NCBI GenBank assembly: GCA_963822445.1
Contig: CAWGHO010000003.1
Location: 1,216,001-1,280,000 of the forward strand
DNA from: an uncultured Acidobacteriota bacterium
GTDB lineage: Bacteria > Acidobacteriota > Thermoanaerobaculia > Gp7-AA8
DNA length: 64,000 nucleotides
Reading direction: 5' to 3'
The translations under genes and the position numbers were made by a program. The notes beneath the pieces were generated by a model. It searched no databases. It saw nothing but the letters and a program-made list of their open reading frames with translations, and was not told the DNA's origin. This document shows, piece after piece, positions 17,150 through 24,835 of the stretch (position 1 is its first letter; each line of letters begins with the position of its first letter).

Positions 17150-19105
17150 AAACGCGCGTTCCTCCGGCCTCGCGCTCGGCATCACTTCTTTCGCCCAGAT
17201 GTCGTTCTCCTCGTCGATGCCACCTCGCGTGCGATCGCTGATCGCCAGGGCGGGGAAGGGGAACGAAACCTCGAATGTGCCGTCGGCGGCGGTGTTGGTC
17301 GCGCCGAGGTAGTTGAATTCGCCGATAGACGGAAGGGAGCGCTCGCGCGTTGCCGTCGTCATCGACTCGCTCTCGTTCTCATCGCCGCGGATGCGTGGCA
17401 TCTCCTGCTGTTTCTCCTCGCGAACGCCGGACGTGACGTACGACTGATACAGCTCGACGAGCTCGCCCGGGCACGCGCGGCCGCGGACGACGACGACATC
17501 GCTGCCGACGCGGACGCTGTCGATGCGAGGCGGGGAGATGCCCCCGTTCGGCAATCCCTCGGCGCGCGCGCAGTTCTCGGCCGCGCGTCGCAATGCATTC
17601 GGTTCGGCGGCGCCGATGTCGAGCACGATCGGCCGCAGGCCGTTTTCGTCGAAGCGGTTCGCGCTCAGGCGGTTCTCGCGCGGTGCGGTGGTCTCGAACG
17701 GCGCGACGGTCACTCCGCCGAGGCGATTCCACATGATGTCGTTGCGGGTGATGACGTTGCGCGACGAACCGGGTGACAACAAGATGCCCGCCACGTTGCT
17801 GCTGATGGTGCAGCCGTCGATGGTGTTCCCGTTCGCGGGATGCGAGCCGTCGGTCGCGCCGAGGACGATGCCGGCGCCGCTGTTCGCGGCGATGAGCGAG
17901 GAGCGGATCGACGATCCGTCCGAGATCACCACGATTCCGCCGCCGGACTGCTGTGCGCCGCAGCGGGTCACTTCCAACCGCTCGCCATCGAGTCTGGCTC
18001 CGGACGCGACGTAAATCCCGGCGCTCGATTGCGACGTGACCAGTACGTGGCGGGCGATGGTGGTTCCCTTGTCGATGCGAATGCCGTTCGTTCCGCCGGT
18101 GACGGCGTAGCCATCCGGCGCCGCGCCGATCATCACGTGCTCGATGCGCGCGTCGCCCTTGAAGTGGACCGGCACCGCCGGACCATGAATGGCCAGCGAA
18201 CGGATTGCACACGCTCCGCTGCACACCAGGCCCGCCTCGCCGCGCGCGATGAGCTCCAGTTCCGGCTTTTCCTGCCGCACGATCTGGCGGTCTTCCAGAC
18301 GGAGGTCAGCCGGCTCGCCGAGGCGGCCGGGATGGGCATTCAGGACCGAAGCAGGGGAGAGGAAGTTGTAGGCGGTGCCGTCGATGATCGTGTCGTTGCC
18401 GGTGATCTCCGGAAGCGGCGCGCCGAGGATGATCGACCACCAGCGCGGCGGCACGCCCATCACGGTCTCGCGTTGCTCCGGCGCACGCGTGACGGGCACG
18501 AAGCGCATGCGATTCGGAGCGTCGAGGGTGTTGGCGTTGACGACGAACTGCCGGAGCGAGCCCTGAATCTGCTCGCCGTCGTTCGTCGAGGTGACGACGT
18601 TGAAGCTGAAGGCGAAGTCGATGTCGGTGGCCGTATCGCGCAGCGTCACGCCGGCGACGTGCTCGGAGGTCATCAGCGCTGAGGCGTTGTCCGACGCGGC
18701 CGTGCGTCCGCCGAAGCAGGGTCCTTCGAAATAGCTGGCCTGCGCCGTCCCGTCGGGATGCGAACAGAGCGCGCCGGACGGTCCGAACGTCTGCTCCGGC
18801 CAGGCCTGGCCCGGACGAACGGTGCGCGAGTCGATGGCGACCCAGTAGTCACCGGCTCGTTGCACGCGGAAGGTGTAAACGCCGGCGGCGTTCGTCGTCG
18901 CCGCCGCGACGGCAACATCGTCCGCCGAAGGCGTGCGGTCGCCGCCATCGCGATACAACTTCGCGGTGGCGCCCGGAACGGGCATGAAGTGCTGCCGCAA
19001 GCCGAGCGCGGGCGCGTCTTCGTAGACGGTTCCGGCAATCGTCAATTGACCTTCGACAGAAATCCCCAAAAACCCAGCAACCAAGCAACCCAGCAACCTC
19101 TGCAT
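17084..19105 (-). CDS. Secreted right-handed parallel beta-helix protein
   Basis: Signal peptide; GTVYED/SdrD-B-like start; GSLRQF; N-rich beta-helix repeats; GNTSE end. Confidence 0.75.
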   Translation of the reverse strand: MQRLLGCLVAGFLGISVEGQLTIAGTVYEDAPALGLRQHFMPVPGATAKLYRDGGDRTPSADDVAVAAATTNAAGVYTFRVQRAGDYWVAIDSRTVRPGQAWPEQTFGPSGALCSHPDGTAQASYFEGPCFGGRTAASDNASALMTSEHVAGVTLRDTATDIDFAFSFNVVTSTNDGEQIQGSLRQFVVNANTLDAPNRMRFVPVTRAPEQRETVMGVPPRWWSIILGAPLPEITGNDTIIDGTAYNFLSPASVLNAHPGRLGEPADLRLEDRQIVRQEKPELELIARGEAGLVCSGACAIRSLAIHGPAVPVHFKGDARIEHVMIGAAPDGYAVTGGTNGIRIDKGTTIARHVLVTSQSSAGIYVASGARLDGERLEVTRCGAQQSGGGIVVISDGSSIRSSLIAANSGAGIVLGATDGSHPANGNTIDGCTISSNVAGILLSPGSSRNVITRNDIMWNRLGGVTVAPFETTAPRENRLSANRFDENGLRPIVLDIGAAEPNALRRAAENCARAEGLPNGGISPPRIDSVRVGSDVVVVRGRACPGELVELYQSYVTSGVREEKQQEMPRIRGDENESESMTTATRERSLPSIGEFNYLGATNTAADGTFEVSFPFPALAISDRTRGGIDEENDIWAKEVMPSARPEERAFSAIAIDATGNTSEMSVRRKVD

Positions 19106-19115
19106 GGTCGTCATG

Positions 19116-20192
19116 TTAAACGAGGGCCCGGTCGCGCAACTCGCGCTTGATGAAGGCGTAGACGATCGGCGCCATGACCACGCCCCCCACACCGAAAGCC
19201 GCCTCGCCGACGATGATGGCCAGAAGGATCTCCCAGGCCTGCGAATCGGTCTCGCCGCCGACGATGCGCGAATTGATCAGGTACTCCAGTTTGTGGATGA
19301 CCACGAGGAAGGTCAGCGACGCCACCGCCGTCCCGATGGAGACCCCCATCGACAGGATGGTGATGACCGTGTTCGAGATCAGATTGCCGAGAACCGGGAT
19401 CAGGCCGCAGAGGAAGGTGACGATGACCAGCGTCGTCGCGAAGGGAACATGGATGCCGAAGAGCGGCAGCACGACCAGCAGGTACAGGCCGGTCAACGTG
19501 GTGTTGACGGCCGAGATCTTCACCTGGGCCATGGCGATGCGCGAGAAGGCGTGGGCGAAGCGGTCCACTTTTTCCACGAGATGGCGGGCCAGCGGGCCGC
19601 GATTCACGTCGTCGTGCTTCGTCACGTGCCGGAAGAACACCAGCAGCGCGAGCAGGCCGCCCATGATCATGTAGAAGAAGCCGATGGTCAGCCAGAGACC
19701 GCCCGCGCGAATGGTCTGCGCGTGCGTTTTCAGCCAGGTCGCGACAGTCAGCTTGAAGTCTTCCGCATCGGTCATGACCTCGGGGATGAACTGCCGCCCC
19801 AGACCGCCCAGCCACAGCCGTACCGACCCGAGAATCTCCGCCATCTGCTCCATCATCTCGGGCAGGTTGCCTGCGCCGCGGCGAAGCATCATCGCCGTCA
19901 ACGCGATCAGTCCGGTGATGACGATGCCGGTGACTGTCGTGACGGCGAGCAGGGCCAGCGGGCGGACGACACCGTGGGACATCCTTCCCTTGAACCGCTC
20001 GGAGACGCGATCGAGGATCAGGTAGAGGGCCAGGCCCATGATCAGGGCCGGGACGAGGTCCTGCCAGAGCACGAACAGAACGCCCGCCGCGACGACCGCG
20101 TAGGCGGTGATCTCTTCCCACGGCATGCGCTGGCGCGGCTGCGGAGCAGGCGCGTCTTCGAGCGCGATGGGGACGATCGGGCTGGTGGACAT
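19116..20192 (-). CDS. AI-2E family transporter
   Basis: Multi-TM; AQVKIS..NT, IPVLGNLISN, HKLEY..N.RIVG. Confidence 0.88.
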   Translation of the reverse strand: MSTSPIVPIALEDAPAPQPRQRMPWEEITAYAVVAAGVLFVLWQDLVPALIMGLALYLILDRVSERFKGRMSHGVVRPLALLAVTTVTGIVITGLIALTAMMLRRGAGNLPEMMEQMAEILGSVRLWLGGLGRQFIPEVMTDAEDFKLTVATWLKTHAQTIRAGGLWLTIGFFYMIMGGLLALLVFFRHVTKHDDVNRGPLARHLVEKVDRFAHAFSRIAMAQVKISAVNTTLTGLYLLVVLPLFGIHVPFATTLVIVTFLCGLIPVLGNLISNTVITILSMGVSIGTAVASLTFLVVIHKLEYLINSRIVGGETDSQAWEILLAIIVGEAAFGVGGVVMAPIVYAFIKRELRDRALV

Positions 20193-20253
20193 TGCACAGA
20201 TTGTAGTCGGTCGGGGGGAACAGGCCGTACGCTTGCAGGAGTTGCGAACCAGC

Positions 20254-21291
20254 ATGATCGCTTCGCAGTTGCGCGAGCCGCTTCGGCGAATCCTAGAGAA
20301 GCGCGAAGTCGCCGCGCTGATCGGCGAGGGGATCGGCCCGCTGATGTACGCGGCGACACACGATCCTCGATTTCACGCCGAGGCTTTGCGGGTTGCGGCG
20401 GCGGAGCCGTTGCGGCTGGAGGATTTGCGCGAGGTTCTGCAGGCGATCGGCGTGCGTGCGCTGCTGGTGAAAGGCACTGCCCTGGCCTATGACCTTTACG
20501 CGCAACCGGAGCATCGTCCGCGCACCGATACCGATCTGCTCATCGCACGGAACGACCTTCCCGCGGTTCGCACGGCCATGGCGCGACTGGGATTCGAAGA
20601 GCAGATCACCAGCGGCGACGAGCATGGCCTCCGGCAGGTCGGCTTTTCGCGCGTCGATCGCTTCGGCGTCGAGCATCTGTACGACGTGCATTGGGCTGTC
20701 GCGAACTCGCCGCTGTTCGCCGATGTCATTCGCATCGAAGAGGTCGAGCCGGTTCCATTGCCGAAGATCGATGCGAACGCCTACGGACTCTCGCGCGTCG
20801 ATGCGCTGCTCCTGGCTTGCATCCATCGCGTTGCCCATCACCACGATGATGAGCGGCTGATCTGGCTGGCCGACATCGCTCTGCTCCGCTCGCGGATGAC
20901 CATCGAGGAGCACCGCCTGTTCTGGGAGCGCGCCGCCGAGCGGCGCGTGCTCGCGGTCTGCCGCCGCTCCATCGACGTTGCCGAAAGCTGGTTCGGCGGC
21001 GAAGCGGAACACGCCGCGGAGCGATTCCTGAGGCCGGAGCAACTGGCGCAGGATGAGCCGTCGCGCGTGCTGCTCGATCGCGACGTGACCTATGGGCGGG
21101 CGACGCTCGCTGAAATGCGCGCGCTGCCGTGGAGCGCACGGCTCACGCGGTTGCGCCAGCTCGCCTTTCCGCCACGCGCATTCATGGAGGAAGCGTTCGC
21201 CACGCGCAGCGCGATCGCATTGCCGTGGCTTTACGTCTACCGCGGCGCTCGCGGCGTGGCGCGGCTCTTCCGACGGGCGGCCGACTTATGA
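20254..21291 (+). CDS. RiPP-associated nucleotidyltransferase, copy 2 (paralog of 12215-13300)
   Basis: KGTALA...RPRTDTDLL...DVHW; shared SGDEHG, HRVAHHH and LPWLYVYRGARG blocks. Confidence 0.85.
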   Translation: MIASQLREPLRRILEKREVAALIGEGIGPLMYAATHDPRFHAEALRVAAAEPLRLEDLREVLQAIGVRALLVKGTALAYDLYAQPEHRPRTDTDLLIARNDLPAVRTAMARLGFEEQITSGDEHGLRQVGFSRVDRFGVEHLYDVHWAVANSPLFADVIRIEEVEPVPLPKIDANAYGLSRVDALLLACIHRVAHHHDDERLIWLADIALLRSRMTIEEHRLFWERAAERRVLAVCRRSIDVAESWFGGEAEHAAERFLRPEQLAQDEPSRVLLDRDVTYGRATLAEMRALPWSARLTRLRQLAFPPRAFMEEAFATRSAIALPWLYVYRGARGVARLFRRAADL

Positions 21292-21719
21292 AGAGGTTGC
21301 GCAGGTTCTTCGCGCTGCCGCCCGACGAGCGAAGACTGCTGATCGCCGCGGCGGCGCGCCTCGTCATCGCGCGGATGCTTCTCTCGACGATCGGCGTCTC
21401 GCGCACGCGACGCTGGCTCGCGAACAACAGCGAGTCGCACATCGATGGCGCTTCCGCGGCGCGCATCGCCCAGTCGGTCCTGCGCATCGCGCCGCATCTG
21501 CCGCTGCGCACGAACTGTCTCGATCGCGCGGTCGCGCTCTGGTGGCTGCTGTCCTCGCGCGGTCTGGCCGCCGACCTCCGCCTCGGCGTCCGCAAGAAAG
21601 ACGACGCCTCCCTCGGCGCACACGCCTGGGTCGAGCATGAAGGGATCGTGCTTCTCGACGACGAGGCCGCGCATTACCTGCCGCTCGACGCGCCGATGCT
21701 CGCCTCCGGAGGACGATGA
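21288..21719 (+). CDS. Lasso peptide B2 leader peptidase (transglutaminase-like)
   Basis: NCLDRA...LRLGV...AHAWVE. Confidence 0.92.
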   Translation: MKRLRRFFALPPDERRLLIAAAARLVIARMLLSTIGVSRTRRWLANNSESHIDGASAARIAQSVLRIAPHLPLRTNCLDRAVALWWLLSSRGLAADLRLGVRKKDDASLGAHAWVEHEGIVLLDDEAAHYLPLDAPMLASGGR

Positions 21720-23479
21720 GCGGCTACGCGGCGCTGGTCCGGTTCGACGGCGCGCCGATCGACGAGGCGTTCGTTTCGTACCTCGCCAATTCGATCCGCT
21801 TCCGCGGTCCGGACGGCGACGGGCAATGGATCGGCGAGCAGGCGGCGATGGTCCATTCGCTGCTCGCCACGAACGGCACCGCCAAGCAGCCCGTGCGTCT
21901 CGGCGAGACGGTCATCGCCGGAGACATCCGCATCGACGGCCGCGATCGGGCCGATCCGTCGAGCGATGCCGAAGTCGTCCTGCGGGCGTATGCGAAGTGG
22001 GGCGACGCCTTCCTCGAGCACCTCATCGGCGATTTCAGCTTCGCCATCTGGGACGGCGCGCAACGCCGGCTCGTCTGCGCTCGGGACCACTTCGCCCGGC
22101 GTCCGCTGTTCGTGACCCGGCACGACGGCGCGGTGCTGGTCACGAACAATCTGACGACACTGCTGGACATCCCCGGCCTGGCGGACGATCTCGACGACGC
22201 GGCCGTCGCCGACTTTCTGCTGTTCGGCAGAAATCTGCACGCGGAACGGACGACGTTCGCGCGCATCTCCCGCGTGCCGGCCGCGCATTCGCTCGTCGTG
22301 ACGGCGCAGGGGCAGCAACTGCGACGCTACTGGTCGATTCCGATGCGCGACGCGCCGCGGCGGATCTCGGAAGCCGATGCCCAGGCGGAGTTTCGCGACG
22401 TTCTCACGCAGGCCGTCATGGACCGGGCCCGCGCCGTTCGGATCGTGATCTCGCTTAGCGGGGGGATGGATTCGAATGCCGTCGCATCGGCGTTGACGCG
22501 GCAACGGACCACCGGCGTGAGCGCCCTGACCAACGTCTGGACGGAAATGTTCGCGGACGACGAAGGGCGGCTGGCGAAGATCGCCGCCGATCACTACGGA
22601 ATCCCCATCGAATTTCACGTCGCCGACCGGTGCGAGGCCTTCGAGGGCTGGGACGATCGCCGCGTCCGCGGTCTGGAACCGACCGACGAGCCCTGCACGG
22701 CGCTCTTTCACACGTTCGTCGCGGCCGCGCTGGCGAAGGGGCGGGTGATCCTCACCGGCGAGGGAGGCGATCCCGCGCTCTACACGTCGCACGACTACTT
22801 TTTCAATCTGCTGAAGCGCATGCGCTGGCTGCGATTCCTCCGCGATGCGGTGGGCTTTACCATCACCCGGCGCCGGCGTCCGCCGCTGCTTCTCCGCTCG
22901 CAAATGCTGCGGGTCATGGGCCGACAGCGCACGCCGGACTATCCGGATTGGATCACGCCGGAGCTCGAAGCCCGTCTGCACCTTCGCGACCGCTGGGACG
23001 AGATTTACGGACCGCCGCGCCCGCCCGTGCATCCCTATCGCGCCGGGGCGTGGCACCTGATCGACAGCGCCACCTGGGCCCGCACGTTCGAGGCGAACGA
23101 CGCCGGCGCGACCGGCAAACCGCTGGAGTGGTCGTCGCCCTATTTCGACGTCCGGCTGATCGAATTTCTCTTCTCTCTGCCGCCGATGCCGCATTCCGCC
23201 AACAAGGACATCGTGAGACAGGGCCTGCGCGGATGGATCCCTGACGAGCTCCTCCGCCGGAGGAAGACCCCCCTGCCGATGGACACCAGCGCGGTGCGGT
23301 TCGAACAGACCGCGCCGAAGTGGCTGAAAACGGTGGAATTGGCGGTCGGGCTCGACAATTGGCTAAAGCGGCCTACACTTTGCGAAGCAGTACGTAAGGG
23401 CGGCTCGCACTACCAATATTCGCAGCAGGCATTCGCGGTCTCCTTTGCTCTATGGCTAAGCAAACGGCAGCGGTCGTGA
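21716..23479 (+). CDS. Lasso cyclase (asparagine synthetase-like C protein)
   Basis: MSG start (lacks the AsnB Cys), RGPDG, ARDHF, LSGGMDS, LTGEGGD; next to B2. Confidence 0.9.
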   Translation: MSGYAALVRFDGAPIDEAFVSYLANSIRFRGPDGDGQWIGEQAAMVHSLLATNGTAKQPVRLGETVIAGDIRIDGRDRADPSSDAEVVLRAYAKWGDAFLEHLIGDFSFAIWDGAQRRLVCARDHFARRPLFVTRHDGAVLVTNNLTTLLDIPGLADDLDDAAVADFLLFGRNLHAERTTFARISRVPAAHSLVVTAQGQQLRRYWSIPMRDAPRRISEADAQAEFRDVLTQAVMDRARAVRIVISLSGGMDSNAVASALTRQRTTGVSALTNVWTEMFADDEGRLAKIAADHYGIPIEFHVADRCEAFEGWDDRRVRGLEPTDEPCTALFHTFVAAALAKGRVILTGEGGDPALYTSHDYFFNLLKRMRWLRFLRDAVGFTITRRRRPPLLLRSQMLRVMGRQRTPDYPDWITPELEARLHLRDRWDEIYGPPRPPVHPYRAGAWHLIDSATWARTFEANDAGATGKPLEWSSPYFDVRLIEFLFSLPPMPHSANKDIVRQGLRGWIPDELLRRRKTPLPMDTSAVRFEQTAPKWLKTVELAVGLDNWLKRPTLCEAVRKGGSHYQYSQQAFAVSFALWLSKRQRS

Positions 23480-23607
23480 GTTCTCGAAAGCCGTACGCAT
23501 CGCCACGTTTGACGCGGTATGGATCGGTCCGCGCGCTCACTCGCGAGCTGGGGTGCTACACCAACAAAGACAGCGGCTCGAACGCTGTCTGCCGCCGCTC
23601 GCCGTAG
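23476..23607 (+). CDS. Lasso peptide precursor, 43 aa (below ORF cutoff)
   Basis: GTGA overlap with the cyclase stop; MSSRKPYASPRLTRYGSVRALTR|ELGCYTNKDSGSNAVCRRSP; YxxPxLxxxGxxxxxT leader. Confidence 0.9.
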   Translation: MSSRKPYASPRLTRYGSVRALTRELGCYTNKDSGSNAVCRRSP

Positions 23608-23610
23608 GCC

Positions 23611-24543
23611 GTGTTCCATTACCGCGTCTACGGCCTTCAGATCACCTCTGCGATCCCCATCGACGGTCTGATTCCCAACGATGACGCGCCAGGCGACTGC
23701 GAGCTGTTCGCCGGGCCGGTGGACATGCTGCCCGCCGACGAGGCGATCGTCCTCGACACGTCGCCGCTGATCGAGGAAGGGGAGCCGGGAACGCGCGTGG
23801 AGCGCAGCCGCAACGACCGGGGCACGTTCGTCTTCGAGTTCCTCGACGGCACGCGCTTCCGCATCGACGAATCGGGCCGCCGCATCACCGCGCACATTGA
23901 ATCAAGCACCCCCGAGGACATGGCCACGTACCTGCTCGGGCCGATCCTCGCCTTCATCGTCCGGCTGCGCGGCGCACTGGCACTTCACGCCGGGGCCGTA
24001 GTTCTCGACGATCACGCTCTGCTCATCACCGGCGTCGCCGGCGCCGGCAAATCGACGACCGCCGCCGCATTCCTCGGCCGCGGCGCATCGCTGTTGAGTG
24101 ACGACGTCTCCGTGATCGACTGTCAGGGCGATACGCCGCACGTTTTTCCGGGCTATCCGCGGGTGCGGCTCTGGGACGACTCCGCGGCCGCGCTGTACGG
24201 ATCGCCGGAAGCGCTGCCGCTGCTGACACCGACCTGGTCGAAGCGCTTCGTCGACGCGCGCCGGCAATTCGCAACCGGCAGCGTTCCCATTCGCGCCATC
24301 GTCGTTCTCGCGCCGCGTCACGACGCCCCGCCGCATACGCGACCACTCGCCGGTCACGAAGCGGCCATGGCCCTGCTCGTCCGCACGTCGATGACCCACT
24401 TGCTCACGCCCGAACAACGCAAGGCCGAGCTGGATCAGGTGACGCGTGTCGCGGAACGCGTCCCCATCATCGAAGTGACGCCGCGCGATGACCTCCGCGC
24501 GACGGGCGAGCTGGTTGATGCAATCGCCGCCGCGATACTGTGA
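23611..24543 (+). CDS. HPr-kinase-like P-loop protein, copy 2 (lasso kinase-like)
   Basis: YRVYGL, LHAGAV, GVAGAGKST, LSDDV, PGYPRVRLW. Confidence 0.85.
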   Translation: MFHYRVYGLQITSAIPIDGLIPNDDAPGDCELFAGPVDMLPADEAIVLDTSPLIEEGEPGTRVERSRNDRGTFVFEFLDGTRFRIDESGRRITAHIESSTPEDMATYLLGPILAFIVRLRGALALHAGAVVLDDHALLITGVAGAGKSTTAAAFLGRGASLLSDDVSVIDCQGDTPHVFPGYPRVRLWDDSAAALYGSPEALPLLTPTWSKRFVDARRQFATGSVPIRAIVVLAPRHDAPPHTRPLAGHEAAMALLVRTSMTHLLTPEQRKAELDQVTRVAERVPIIEVTPRDDLRATGELVDAIAAAIL

Positions 24544-24547
24544 AGCC

Positions 24548-24835
24548 ATGCGCTGGGACGCGACGTTCCGTGCGGCCGATCACGTGGTCGCGAAACTGGT
24601 CGGCGAAGAGCTGGTCCTGCTCGATTACGAAGGTGAGGTCTACTACGGCCTCGATCCCGTCGGCGCGCGCATCTGGGAGCTCCTCACCGCCGGCAGAACC
24701 CTCGGCGAGATCATCGACACGCTGCTCGCCGAATACGACGTGACCCGCGATCAGCTCGCCGCCGACGTGGAGCGGGTGGTGGGGGAACTGGAGAGTAACG
24801 GGCTAGTGAAAGTCGTGACTGGCCACGTCCCCTAA
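24548..24835 (+). CDS. PqqD-family RRE (lasso B1)
   Basis: ELVLLD...YYGLDPVGARIWELL...EYDV...ADV. Confidence 0.92.
   Translation: MRWDATFRAADHVVAKLVGEELVLLDYEGEVYYGLDPVGARIWELLTAGRTLGEIIDTLLAEYDVTRDQLAADVERVVGELESNGLVKVVTGHVP

Noticed and set aside
21716-23479. Housekeeping asparagine synthetase AsnB
   Set aside because: Lacks the N-terminal Cys and is flanked by B2, RRE and a lasso precursor, so it is called a lasso cyclase.
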